DNA from: the human T2T-CHM13v2.0 reference genome, Homo sapiens
Length of the DNA stretch: 64,000 bases
Reading direction: 5' to 3' (one strand)
Assembly (NCBI RefSeq): GCF_009914755.1
Contig: NC_060928.1
The notes under the pieces were generated by a model, which was given only the letters and a program-made list of their open reading frames with translations, was not told the DNA's origin and made no database searches. Positions 39,553 through 53,265 of the stretch are shown here, in pieces (the stretch's first letter is position 1; each line of letters begins with the position of its first letter). Made by a program: the position numbers and the translations under genes.

Positions 39553-42465
39553 AACAGTGAGCAACTATTAATAGTCTGTGCTTTAATGAATTCTGTGATC
39601 TGATTTTAAATATTCATCATGGCATCACTTTGAAGAAAACAAAGACAGGCAAACATTTTCCTTGCATAATTCTCCTAGGATTTAGTGTTGATTTTTTTTT
39701 AACTTTCTGGGGGAAAAAAGCCCAGATTTTGTGGAACGTGTTGATTTTATATAAATCTGTCTGTGGTATTCTAATACACTCACCTAAGTCTTTAGTCTAA
39801 CTTGTGCTCTACTTCTTCAGTTTGATTCTAAATTGATAAGCCCAGGAATGGCGTCTCTTTCATTATTATATTCGTAGGCTGTTTCAGGCTTACTTTCTTT
39901 AAACAAAATCCCTATTTTCCTAGGTTTAGATTTGATCCTCGATGTCTTAGATACTGTCCACTGATGCCAATACCCCTTTTTTAAATTTTTATTCCAAGGG
40001 ACTATTCAGAACCTTGCCAGATAGTAGCTAATTTAGCCATGCTGCAAGGAATAGAACCAACAATATTCTTTATCCAAGAATCAGAAAAAAATATATCCTT
40101 ATAAATTTACCTCTATGAGTTGAAGGACATAATTCCTTTTATATTGATTTAACAGTATTCTTTTCTGTACTTTAAAAATATTTTGCTAAGGGTGGAGATA
40201 ACGTCACCAATTACACTACCCATTGTTATCAGAGAAAGCACCTCTGGCACTGAAAAATTTTATCTAAATAACCAATATTGCTGTTAAAATTATATATGAC
40301 TTGAGGACATGCAAGATGGATATGCTGCCTCTCTCCCATTCTGCTCTGAGCTTAGCATCATGCTTGTCACATAACAGGCTTTAACTATGTGCCTAAATTT
40401 TGGTTATCATGTAAATTTTGACATCATTTTTAATAAAAGCATGCACAAAAGGCAGAGTATTGCTTTATCATCATCCAACTCACTTTATACCAAATCACAC
40501 ACCACCTAAGGTCGTGAGTTGAAAAATAATGTGAAATTATGGGAATGAGAATAACATGGACATCCTTGCATGCTGATGCTGTTTATAGAAGAAATTTGGA
40601 GTATGTTTATTGCCATAAAGGTTCAGTAGAACTTTCGCTCTCCGTGTCATGGCATCCATGTAAATGTTAGTAACCCAAAATTTCTTCTACCTTATTTCAG
40701 GTGCAATATTTAGGAGTGCTCTCAAAAAAAACCCCAAAGCTTTCTATATGCACATAATTAATATTTCTATGAAGACATTACTTCTCTTTGACTATCTAAC
40801 CTTATTTGATGGAGGAGAAGTAAGGGGGTTTATGACGTTCCTGTTGATTTTTATTTGTTTTTGTTGAGGTTGAGCCAGTGCCCTCTGACATGAGATTTTT
40901 GTAGACAAAAATGTTTTTTGATGTTTCTTCTTTCCATTAGATGTGTAAATTATTGTTCTACAGTCTGTTCTATTAAGCTTCGTGACTCACTACACTTATT
41001 CACTTGCCCTCAATCCTTCTCTCTCTTTTCTTCGTTAGATATTAACTAGAACCTGCTTTCTAACTCTGGGCAATTAAAGGGACATAGTTAATCTTGGTAG
41101 CTAAATGTAAGGTGACAAAATATGCAGTAATATCCCTTTAGCACTCCATTTATTCCAACGTGATTTCTGAAGAAAAAATTCCATAGTTCATTTACTATAT
41201 AACTAGAAGTGAGATTGGGAGCAAGAACAGCTCTCCACAAAAAGAATCTATAGTTGTTATCAAATTATTTTTAAGATAAAGAAAGATATTTAGAATACTT
41301 TATTGTCTGAAGATCTATAAGAAATAAATGCTGTCCCTCAGCTATTGTCAACTCTATAGTGGTAAATATATTTAAAATTTAAGAATGAAAAGCATTAAGT
41401 CCAGCATTCTTACTTTCTATCTCTCTTACTCCCTCCTCATTTTTCTCCTCCCTTCTTCTCCGCTTTCCTTGTTAATTTTTATCTCCTGTTACTTTGTAGT
41501 CTCAGAAAATACAATTTTGCTTGACTTTATCCACAGTGTGGTTATCGGATGAAAAACTCTTTTGGTAAATTTGGTAAAGGGTTAACAGATACACTTATTT
41601 ATACTAAGCCACTCTTTACTATCCTGGTATTTAGGACTCAATTATTTTCTTAAGGTTCTAAACATTGCAACAGTTTTCATTTTATGTACAACATTTTTAG
41701 GGTCAAAATAATTTTAGCTGTAATCATATTTTTGACATGAAAAAATATTCAGGACTTTAGTCAAATTTGAATTATTTAGGAGTTTATATAGATACCTCCA
41801 GTGGTTCTCCATTCAAATAGATTTTATGTATTATTTGCATTAAATTAATTTTGTTACAAAAAGAAGAGCAAATGAGGAAGAAGTAGATTTTTGTATTTTA
41901 TATGCATATGCCTAAATTATTTAAACACTTAGACTTATTATAAATAAATACGTTATTTGTGATTTTTAACATTTGTAATTTCAGTTGGAATTATTAAGGC
42001 CCTGAAAGAGTTAACATATATGGGAATGTCTATAAAAGTTCTCAAAATAATTTCTCCAATATAATTCTATGAAGACTACTGCTAAGGTTTTAATTTAAAT
42101 TTTCTTACATTATCAGATGCACCAAATACAAAAAAGGTTATGATAACGAGTCTTCAAATTGTATTTAAGGAACCTTCTAAGTCTTTGCAGAAATATACAA
42201 TTATGTGAAAGCTCTGTGACCAGAACTTTGCCATTTAACGTTTTTACTCTGAGGTTAAATTATAATGTTTCTGCCTAGACTTTCTATGATGCTTAGGGAT
42301 TTTTTTTTGTAAAGTAGCATTATATTAAAATAATATTCATGTAGGTAATGGAAATAAAATAACAAAATTAAAAATGGAAGAACTGTAAGGAATTATCCCA
42401 GACATCATCTGGAATGAGTCCTCAGGGCTCTCTCTGATCTATAGAATGTTATTGCACCCTTACCA

Positions 42466-42542
42466 TATATATATATATGACTACATAACTATATATATAT
42501 ATGACTACATAACTATATATATATAGAGAGAGAGTCATATAT
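42466..42542. repeat. Compound (TA)n-gactacataac tandem repeat with (GA)n
   Basis: (TA)n gactacataac (TA)n gactacataac (TA)n (GA)n. Confidence 0.9.
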
Positions 42543-44229
42543 TATGTGCATCTACTACTGTCAGCCCTGTTTTAGTTTAAATAAAACAATTATAAAAGAA
42601 AAGCTTATTCTCTTCCTGTACTCAGTTGGAGTATTTTGTGGATTCTCTGCCTGTTGCTTTTATTTGTTTTAAACTGGGGATATACAAAATCCTAAATACC
42701 AAATTTGAGAGATAATTAGAATGAGTTATTTTGTTAGTTAATTACTTGCACAATCTAGTTGGAAAAACAAGTTGACTCTATGTCCAAAAACTTCTTTAAC
42801 ATGTGATTACCTTCCTAATAATTTAAGTAATTTCATGTATCTCTGATTGTCAGCCAAATAAACATATCACTCCCACTTACTGAATATCCATTAAGCACAC
42901 GAAAAAATGTGAACCAATTCTCTTATATGTAGAAAATAGCTTGAGGTTATAAAGCCTTAAGAGTTTCTCTGTGTCCTTGATAGTTGGCTCGGAAAATCAG
43001 ATGATTCAATATAACTGAATATGCTGTGCCACTGTGTTTTAAACTAATAGGAATAGAAAGGAGAAGAGGTAATGGAAAGAAACGATTCAAAAACACCTCT
43101 AGAGAGGAAAGGTCTGTGTCAAGGAGCCTTGGCAGTGAACCAACAAGAAATCTGCAAGGGCTTGTTGAGTCAAGGCTTTCCTGAGTCTGTAGTTCATGTT
43201 AATTCCTGTATTCATTCATTCAACAACTACTTATCGAATGCTTACTTTGTGATAGGCACCATGCCCTCATGCCCTCTGCTTCCCTCGCACAACCTTCTTC
43301 TGAGCCCCAGAAGTTCATTCATTGTCTTATGTAATTTTCACTTAGACAAATTCATTCTGACAATTTCATTGCATTCATTTCACCAAGGTTCAACACGTCT
43401 GGATTTTATTTTTATTAGTTGTAGGAAATATATTACAGCAAATAAAATAAAAAAAATGACTATGCATTTGAGATCCCTCTGGGACAAAGCAGCATCATCA
43501 CTAAGAAAATCACAGTTAAGGAGAAAACAGTCTCTAAAATACAAAAGAATATTCTTTTGAGATATAAAGAATTTACTCAGAATTTAAACCAATCTTTGAA
43601 GATTTTTGGTCAGTTGTTGATGTATATGCTTATATGGTAACATTATTTAAATTGGCAAATTGCTGTTAGTCTTCTAGTTATTACAAGTACTCTTTGTGTT
43701 TGAGTTTGTATTGGATTCCAATATGAATTATAATTCTGGTAATTTCACATTTAAAAGTGATTACCATACAACATGAGCCAAAATTTCCCACAAAGAAATC
43801 ATGCAGTATTTTCACCATGCTTTTATTATGCTTTGTGTTCTGTTGTGCCTCTGTCACATATGTTAAATATGTCATATAAATGTTTTGTGTATATGAAGGA
43901 AGTCTTAACCCAAGAAATAATTAGTTTAAATATAATGATTATCAACTGGGAACAATAGTTGTCTCTAAATATTCTTGAGATTCATTGGTAGCATGTTTTT
44001 TACGTGCAACTGGTAACAGTTATTCTCTAGCACCACATTATTTTCCTAAGCTGGAAAAAAACCCAAAAAGATAGAATACTATCAAACCATTGCACCATAA
44101 AATATGTAAGCTACTTGTATCTCTTCCAAAACCTTATTATGCTATAACTAAATGCATTTAAAAGCTGTAATTGGTAAACTTGAATTATAACAGAAAACAT
44201 ATTGAACCGGAAATATAATAACAGAACAC

Positions 44230-44440
44230 TGGCATTACTGAATATTTACATTGTGCCAGGGACTAAGCTTTATGTTTTAGACAAACTACTTAGTTTAATC
44301 TTTACAAAATTACTCTGAAATTATTTTATTAATCATATTTTACATATGAGAAACTGAGATTTTTTGAGATTCAGTGATGTCACTGATCTAGTAAATTATA
44401 GATCCAGGAAAATATCTAGGAGTGTCTGACTCTGGAATCT
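44230..44440 (-). mobile_element. MIR SINE
   Basis: ttactgaatatttacattgtgccagg...ttttacatatgagaaactgag...tgtctgactc. Confidence 0.7.
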
Positions 44441-44811
44441 TCTTTTTTTACTTAATCATTGTTGCCACTCTATTACTTTTATTTAACAAACCCAATTCTG
44501 AAAGGGATAGCAAGTGTCACTTAGATGCAGTGAGACCCTCATATCTTTAATAATTGTCAATTATTGTAAAATTATATTATAGGGTTTTTAGTTAGAAGAT
44601 TCTGTTAAAGGCTTATAAGACCAGTTATCTCAACTGAAAAGATCTAGCTGCATTTATTTTGTGCACCATGGAAAGCTGTGCCTATCAGTTGCAGAGGTGA
44701 CTGTTGATCATATATGTTTTTTGGGAAGAATGGTCTTCAGGGATTGGTGGATTTTCAGGGGAATAAGTGGGTTGAAAACTGGATGAGACTTGTTGATTGG
44801 TTAGCATCTAA

Positions 44812-45240
44812 GGTGGATGAACCTTGAGACATTATGCTAAGTGAGATAAGCCTGACACAAAAAGAAAACTACTGTATAATCTCACTAATATGTGGAATCT
44901 AAAAAAGTGTAGCTCATAGAAGTAGAGATTAGAATGGTAGTTACTCTGGGATGCGGCAGGGGAGGGTTGGGAAGATGTTGGTCAAAGGGTATAAAGTTTT
45001 AGTTAGATAGGAAGATAAGTTCTAGAGATCTATTGTACAACATGGTGACTACAGTTGATAATAACGTACTGTGTACTTGAAAATATACACTTGTGAAGCA
45101 TCTATATGTTAAATGTTCTCACCATTAAAATTACAAGTATGTGGCGTGATGGATATGCTAATTAGCTTTATTTAATCACTCCCCTATATAATATATATAA
45201 CATCATGTTGTGCCCCATAAATATATGCAATAAAAATAAA
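44812..45240 (+). mobile_element. L1MA-type 3' UTR
   Basis: ggatgaaccttgagacattatgctaagtga...gttggtcaaagggtataaagttttagttagatagg...catcatgttgtgcccc. Confidence 0.88.
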
Positions 45241-47349
45241 GACAGATGTATAAAAAAGTAAAATTCTCTCAGATTTACTTGAATATTTAAGTTAAATAAA
45301 ACATTACAAATCATGTTAGACACAAGTCTAAAAACAATCCTTTGTTTTACCACAATGGCTTAATACTGTATTTTGCCATCATGTAAACAAGATTTTGTTC
45401 TCTTGTTTCAGTCTCTTGATTCTACTCTCAAAATTTATTGGTTGTTCTCAGGTAGTATTTGTCTTTTAAAATAGGAAATATATAAATATATAGAAGAATA
45501 TAACTAAATGAAATTCTCCCCCAAAATTACATTTGAGACTGCACAGACATTATCTTTTGGAAATTTAACATGTATCACATAAAATATTTTCATATGAGAG
45601 AGATACTTAGTCTTTCCATGTATTCAGGTAACATTTTGTGACCTTTGTTGAATTTAAATACATTGAAATAGTTCATTTCATGTAGGTCTTCTGCCTCTCT
45701 TACCAACTTTATTCTTAAATTTTAAAGTTTACATATTGACTTATAATTGAAAAGACTTTCCCTTTTCCTTTTCTAGGAAGAATGCTAATACTACTGATGA
45801 AGAAACATAGCTTGTATGAGATATATTGTTAAACTGTGATACATGGGGGAAAACAACACTGAGATTGTAATAAATAACCTAATTTTATGGAATCGCTAGT
45901 TGATTCAAAGAGTATGCTTCTTTTTACAGTCACACTACAGGATCATTTTTAACTTACTCAAGTACATCAACCATTAACCTTAGTTAATTTAGCCACATCC
46001 AATAGAGACAGTTGTTACTTTTACATATCATTTTTCTTTGGTCAGATTTTAAAATATAGGTTTATCTAAAGACAGGGAAATAAGGAAAATTGCTTCTCAA
46101 GTGTTTTGTACTTTAGAATTTCCGCAATGCTACCATCTACTAATTATACTTTATTCTCAAAATCTTGTGAGATGACCTTAATTAATTAAATGAATGTGGA
46201 GTGGTTGCTACTATGTACTAAGCACTGTGCTGTGTCCCAGTGGGTTATAAATGTAAGCCAACCATGGTCCCTGCCTTAGTAAATCTGAGAGTCTATAGCA
46301 GAGAATAGTACTTTCTTAAATGCTAGTAAAACCCTCTCTCTATGTATATACTTAAATGCCTTCTGAATTTATAACTTTTTTTGTGTAATCAATTGATGAT
46401 AATATTAAATGAAAATGAAACTACTACACATTAATCAACATGAGCTAATTAGGTCACTTTGGAAAAAAAAAGCGTGCGGATGAAGCCATGGTGAGGTATT
46501 TGATAATCAAGATTAATTTATTTAACACTTTTCTATGATTGTAGACTGAACTCTTAAAGCTAGGCAATTCTTATAAGGAGGATTTTGCCAGAGATGGGCG
46601 ATGTTTCAACACATATCTCCATTCCTAGAAAATATTTTTCAAGTTAACAAGTAGCATTATTTTTATCTATACAGGGCAAAATATCTTCAACAAATAAATA
46701 TTAATATTTTCTTTAAAATGTATTGCCGTGAGAAAATCACTTTCTTATGGTTGGGGGACATGCCACCTATGTCTTTGTCTCTGATCTCATCCTGTGTAAT
46801 ACCCATTGCAGGAAAACTCTGAAGGAAACATAGTATCTCCCACCTGTATAGCAATAGCAATCCTCCTTCATAGAATTAGGACTACAGCTTCCAACTCTGC
46901 TTTTCCAGTGTTGTGTTTTATTATGTGACTAAAAGTTATGTCAACATGAAAGCAATAATTTAACAAATGTATTTGAATTTAGCAGACAATCAGTGTCCTC
47001 ATTTACAGGATATAAATTCAGATAACAAATCAAATATCTCCAGAATAATAGTCATCCACTATCTTTTTCAGGTATGATGTAACGTAACAGTGTTATATTA
47101 AAAAGTTGTATTTTTGAAATTTGACGTTAAAAAATTGGCAAAAAAAGACCACAGGGTAAACATTTTACTGATAAACACCATATAACTTTTAGAAAGCTCA
47201 AAGATTGTATTGGTAATTTTGTACCTATTATTATATATAATAAGATGGCTCATTATATAGAAATTTGTTACTCTGTTTAGTTTTCATTTTCCCTCCCCTT
47301 CAAATCTCTTGTGACTGCCACCATTATTATTATCATTATTATTTAATTT

Positions 47350-47470
47350 GCAACAGAGTAGAAAGGGAGACCCTTATTTGCTGGGTGCCAAGCAAGGAAT
47401 ATTGGGGCAGTTCATGCTTAAGATCAAAACTTCCCAGTGGCTTGAAGGTAAGGGTTTTTAAAGGCAGGAG
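47350..47470. mobile_element. Probable ERV1 LTR fragment
   Basis: gccaagcaagg...ggcagttcatgcttaaga...aagggtttttaaaggcag resembles MER4-group LTRs. Confidence 0.4.
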
Positions 47471-47500
47471 TAAATTTCAGAAATGTGGAAGCTGGATATC

Positions 47501-48414
47501 TTTTTTTGAAATTTCAACTTGTATTTTAGTTACAGAGCCTAGATGTGCAGGTTTGTTATGTGCAAATATTACATGATGCTAAGGTTTAGGGCATGGAACC
47601 CATCCCCCAAGTAGTGAGCATAGTACCCAATAGGTAGTTTTTCCACCCGTGCCCTCCTCTCTCTCCTTCCCCTGTCTGATAGTCTGCAGTGTCTGTTGTT
47701 CCCATGTTTATGTCCATGTGTGCTCAGTGTTCTATTTCCACTTATTAGTGAGAATATGCAATATTAGGTTTTCTGTTCCTGTGTTAATTCAGTTGGGGTT
47801 ATGGCCTACGACTCCATCCATGTTGCTGCAAAGTACGTGACTTCTTTCTTTTATGTCACTCTGTAGGATTCCTTAGTGTATATGTACCATGTTTTTAAAA
47901 TTTTATCTACTATTGATGGGTACCTTGGTTGATTCTATGTCTTTGTTATTGCGAATAGCAAAGTGATGAATATGTGAGTGCATGTGTCCTTTGGGTATAA
48001 TGATTTATTTTCCTTTGGTTATATACCCAGTAGTGGGCTTGCTGGGTTGAATGGTAGCTCTGTTTTAAGTTCTTTGAGAAATCTCCAGACCGCTTTCCAG
48101 AGTGGCTGGACTCATTTACATTCCCACCATTGATGTATAAGTGTTGCCTTTTCTCTGCAGCCTTGCCAACATCTGTTTTTTTTTTTTTTTGACTTTTTAG
48201 CAATGGCCATTTTGACTAGTGTGAGATGGTATCTCATTGTGGCTTTGATTTGAATTTCTCTGTTGATTGTTTTCTGTTTATTGGCTGCTTGTATGTCTTC
48301 TTTTGAGAAGTGTTGGTTCATGTCCTTTGCCCGTTTTTAATAGGGTTATTCGTTTTGTGCTTGCTGATTTGTATAAGTTCTCTATAGATTCTGGATATTA
48401 GGCCTTTGTTGCAC
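47501..48414 (-). mobile_element. 5'-truncated L1PA (old, ~PA15-16) 3' end
   Basis: tttcaacttgtattttag...gtgagcatagtacccaataggtagtt...gtgagatggtatctcattgtgg; possible TSD tatctttttt. Confidence 0.9.
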
Positions 48415-49019
48415 TATCTTTTTTTTAAGAGCAATGTATCTGTTTAGTCCTCAGCTATTTTTGCCCGTGACTCTAGCCATCAGGTGAATAGTCAATAACT
48501 TGACAGAAATAATAGTTCTTTCTGTCTTACAGCACCCTCCCCATGAACAGCATTCTAACTCCATAAGTATGAGAGCAGTAAGTCTGTTTTCTTAGGATTT
48601 GACATGTCAACCAAATAGTGGCTTACTGAAATGCTTTGGAATTAATGTGTGGTTGGGATGTAGGCATTAGGCAGGATATACATTTAGAATTTTAGTACTA
48701 AATAAAGCAGGATGGCTTGGTTTGTGGGATATAAATTTAAATAAGATGGGGGTTATAATTATGTAGAAATTTATCAATTATTTCATGTGGAAGTGGGCAC
48801 TGACAACAAAGAACATACGGAACATTCAAATCTTATTTATATTTCTTTTTAAATAAGAAAAAAGTAACTTGGATTTTTAGTTTACAATGTAAATTTTAAT
48901 TCTACCTTGATTTTATTAACTTATTGTAAAAAAATCAAGCCTATTGTATAAAATATTTTTTGACTAGAAAAGTATTCTTCATTATAGTAATGTGGATTAC
49001 AAAAATGGAAAGAAAGATA

Positions 49020-49480
49020 TGATGGGCAGGATTTTAAGTTGAATCTCAATGACCCCTGTTCCTGTCAAATTTTCTTCCCTTTTAGTGTGGGTAGAACCAC
49101 TGACTATGATGCAACACGATTCCCATGAGCCCTTGAAAAGTGGGGCATTTTCTCCAGCTATAAACCATAGGGTAAATCAGAGAGATTAGAAGCATGAGAA
49201 TGATTTCACACCAATAGCTGACTTTGAAGATGGAGGGGCCACATGGAGAGGTCACATGGAGAGAACCTGAGGACAGCCTCTAGAAGCTGAGAGCATCATT
49301 TGGGTGACAGCCAGGAAGAAAACAAGGGCATCAGTTTTATAAAACAAGGGAATGGATTCCACCAACAATCCAAATGAATCCTTATCAAATTCTCCAGGTG
49401 AAAATGCAGATTGGGTAGCACTTAGATTTCAACCTTTTAAGACACTAAGCATAGAGTCCACCTCATGCTGCCTAGACTTC
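49020..49480 (+). mobile_element. MaLR LTR fragment (MLT1E/F-like)
   Basis: gactttgaagatggaggggccacatgg...cagcctctagaagctgagagc...gacagccaggaagaaaac. Confidence 0.7.
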
Positions 49481-49589
49481 ATTTAAAATGATTGCCTAAC
49501 ATTTAGACATTGACATTGACAGCCTATATAACTATTCCCTGTTATTGGGCATTTAGGCTGTTTAGGCTGTGTCAGTTTTTGGTTAACAG

Positions 49590-49815
49590 TGTAGTCTTTG
49601 AAAACAGATTAAGTTTGTATTTCAACTTCGTTATAAGCTTACTGTGTGACTTGGGGCAAGTCACTTAACATTTCTGTGCTTCAGTTTTCACACATGTAAA
49701 ACTGTGTGAAATAGTCCTTATTTCACAGGGTTTATTAATTAGATTAAATGAGTTCATACTAAGAAAATATTTAGAAGAATTCCTGGCATATGAAAGGTCC
49801 TCAATAAATGTTAGC
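49590..49815 (+). mobile_element. MIR SINE
   Basis: ctgtgtgacttggggcaagtcacttaac...tcagttttcacacatgtaaaa...agattaaatgag...tcaataaatgttagc. Confidence 0.85.
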
Positions 49816-50362
49816 TGTTTATACTGTATCACAAATTTTTGTTTTTACAATTATTATGACAAATGCCTGGATTAACATTGTAATGGCAAATAATTAAATC
49901 ACTGAATCAAAGTGTTGTACATAGTAAGAACAAAATCATTTTCTACAGAAAAATAGCTTGTAAATTGTAACCTATGGAGAAACTTGAAAATGCGTTCTTT
50001 TTCTTAAATGGAAGAGAACAATTTGCAAAAAAGTGTTAAGTGGTTGATTCTGCCTGCAATCTTAGAGCTTGAATAATATTTGAGCTTATACTTTATCTAA
50101 AGTGAGAAATACTTAGAGTAGAATTATTTATTCTTATGACTCACATAACTTTTCAACTCATTTGCCTCTTCTGAATTATTTTAAATTATCATAAGCCATT
50201 AGAAGGAAAGAGAAATATAACCTAAAAATGAAAAAAAAGCGGCACATATACTGATACAAAATTATGAATCAATAGTTAGTGTGCCAGCACAAATAGAAAC
50301 ACAAATCCCCTAGGGAATAGAAAGGAGCACTTTCTGTCTTGGCAAAGCTACACTGGTTGTAA

Positions 50363-50500
50363 CAGTGGTTCTCAAACCCAAGATTATTAAAATGTAAGTT
50401 CTGATTCAGTAGTTCTGGGGCAAGGCCCAAGCTTCTGCATTTGTAAGAAGGCCCCAAATAATGTACATGTCGTTGCCCACATACCATACTTTTAAGACAA
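50363..50500. mobile_element. MER5A hAT-Charlie MITE fragment
   Basis: cagtggttctcaaac...ttctgattcagtagttctggggcaaggcccaag...tctgcattt. Confidence 0.75.
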
Positions 50501-52151
50501 GAAGTTAGAGCACCATTATAAACCACCAGAACCGGAGGTTCACTTGCTTTATTTGCCGTAGGCTGATGACTTAAAGTTCATTTTGCTAAATGTTTAACGA
50601 AATTTCGTGGAAATAGAGAAATAAGTTCAAAATTTATGTTTGTAAGCATAATTTACAACAGCCTCTCAAATGACTGTGATTTTTACAGTTGGTTTTAACT
50701 GTAGAGTAGTATAGTGCCAAAGATCAACATGAAAAGCCTCGTTCATCAGAATTCAACTCTTGCACCTAGCTGGTGGCTTAGAGATCACATGTGGAGAATA
50801 GGCAAGGTTACTTAGAGAACGTCTTCACTACAAATAAACTGCTCAATAAATTCAGCAGTCTAAGGGCACTCAAAAAATAATATTGACTTAGAACCTATTG
50901 GTAATTCTTGGGCCACTGCCAACTGTACTGGAGAACCTGCTGTAGAGGCATATTTACACTGGCTTTGCTTTTAAACCTATTTTATTTACAGCATGAATTA
51001 AAATTACCAGGCAGTAATAAGCTTTATCTTTTTAATTTCCTTTTTTTAAGTTCCCGTCATGATTCTGCTCTCTAAAAGCTTTTCCTTTTGTTTGATTAAT
51101 TAAGCAAATTTATACACCCATTTACAAGGCATTTCCCCAAGTGTTACTGGAAAAACTAAGCATACATTTAATACTCCATGTAAAGAAAGCTTGAATTATA
51201 AAGGATCCATCTAAATGATACATAAAATTTCCCCTGTACAATTAATATGTACGCACAAGAAAACTATAGCTGGTAGGTTAAGGCTGGATTAAAGTGCTTT
51301 CACCGGATCCATCATTTTCTCAGCACCAATCTCTGGCCGACTCTCTCTGCTCTTAGATAATTAAACGAAGCTCCTATTAGGTTTAATTTCATTAAATCTT
51401 ACTAAGTATTTTCACTTTGTCTCTAATCTGATGACAACTTAACTAAGAAAATGGAAAGTGAGGAAAATTCAGCTTGCTACACTTGCACTTTATGAACAAA
51501 GGATATCACATCTCCTGCTGCTTGTTACCAGAATATACTTCCTTTGGTCTATTACATGGTCCCCAGTTGGGTATGGAAGCAGCTGAGATTGAATGGTTCA
51601 ATGATGTTTGGAAATACATAGGTAGATTTTTTTTTCAATTGACAAAGCAATGAGACAATAGTTAAACGTGAATCATTTTTTAGTAATAAAAGAGAAAATA
51701 ATTCATAAGAAAATAATCATTTAGAAAAATAAAGTTATGATATAATATGAACTGGTAAAAGATATATGAACTGAAAATTCATGGAGATTCGTTACTGTTC
51801 TCTTTCTTTGTGGTAAGAAGTTTAAACAGCATAATATCCCTTGCTACTCCACACTGGTGCACAGCTAATACTATCAAAAGAAACCAGCAACTTGGCTCTC
51901 TCTTCAGCATGTGGTTTTGTCTGAAAGAACTAAACTAAAATTTAGTTTTTAAGTTCATTTACCCCTCTCTCATAGACAAAGATAATGGGACTGGCCATGG
52001 TCATTGTGTTGGGACTTGCTTATATGTGAGTTGGGGAACAAGAAAAAAGCAGGAGGTAAGGGTAGGGGTGGGGAGAGGATTTTTAAAAACAAATTCTTCA
52101 TACTTCAAAATCGAACCTAAAATTTATCCTGAAGTAAGGAGTAGAGAGAGT

Positions 52152-52350
52152 GCTTCCTTTACTTCCTGTCTGTCTCTCCCTCACACTTCTTCTTTTCTCT
52201 CCACTCCTTTCTTCCCTTAATCTCCTTCCATTTCCTCTGTCTCATTCCCTCCTCTTCTTTGTCCTCTCTTCCTTTCCAGTCGTCTGCCTTTCCCCTATCC
52301 TCCTTCTTTCTCTCCTCTTGTGTCTCCTCTTTCTGTGCCTACCAACTCCC
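52152..52350. repeat. CT-rich low-complexity polypyrimidine tract
   Basis: About 200 bp nearly all C/T on the + strand. Confidence 0.85.
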
Positions 52351-52964
52351 CAGTGGTACCTAGCCTCCCAAAATTATAATTCTGGTTATTTATGGGTTCA
52401 ACACTTCAGTAGCCTGTGCTAAAAATATAACCCCTATTTGCAGTGTTTCCATGGAAAACATTTCTGTATGCACACAACCAACCCAAGAATGCACCTGTAG
52501 AAGTTGATGCTTCCCAAAGCATAGAGCACTACCAATGCTATCTCTTACAGTATTATGTGTATTTCAAGGGCAAGGTTCATGTTTTGGTGGGAGTCTGAAG
52601 CTTGCAGATTGTTTGATGCTCCCCATAAAGGAAAAAAAAAGCAAATGCATAATTGGGTAGAAAATGTATATTTATTTAAAATGAAAAAGGAAATCACAAC
52701 AAAGGAGGCTTGTAGATCCAGGTTCATTTTTCTTTCCAAGGTTTTTAAGAAAATGTATCAGAAATGCTTTCGTAAGAAAGTATCCTGATTGCAACTTGAT
52801 TTCTCTTCCACACTGAGAACATTTCACAAATAATCACAACTCTCAGACGTCCAGGAAGTCAGGGTCTCTGAAGCTTAAGCTCCTTTAGCTTTATGGTAAA
52901 CCCACTTCTGCTTCTCTCACCCACAGCCTTTCAGAATGAATTTGTTTTCTCCTTTTTTTAAAAA

Positions 52965-53265
52965 AAAATATGATTTTTAAATTGACAAATGACAATTATA
53001 TATATTATGTACAACCTGTTGTTTTGCTATGTATATATACATTATGGAATGGCTAAATTGAGTTCATTAACATGTACATTGCTTCACATACTTATTTTTT
53101 GGTGGCAAGAACAGAAAATTTCTTATCAATGTTCTAGAATACAACACATTGTTACTGTAGTCATTAGGCCCTACAATAGATCTCTTGAACTTATTACTCC
53201 TCTATAATTTAAATCTGTTACTCCTCCATAACTGAAATTTGTATGCTTTGACCAACCCTCTCCTC
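52965..53265 (-). mobile_element. L1MA-type 3' end fragment
   Basis: tttttaaattgacaaat...atggaatggctaaattgag...tacaatagatctcttgaacttatt. Confidence 0.8.

Noticed and set aside
42466-42542. Repeat-spacer pattern resembling a CRISPR-like array
   Set aside because: Only two units separated by (TA)n in eukaryotic DNA; it is a simple compound microsatellite.
43072-43560. Longest ORF in the window (162 aa)
   Set aside because: It crosses an L2-like tail (attcattcattcaacaactacttatcgaatgcttactttgtg) and has no recognisable homology or exon structure.
52445-52459. Near-palindromic RFX X-box gtttccatggaaaac
   Set aside because: Single motif with no supporting context; cannot be distinguished from chance.
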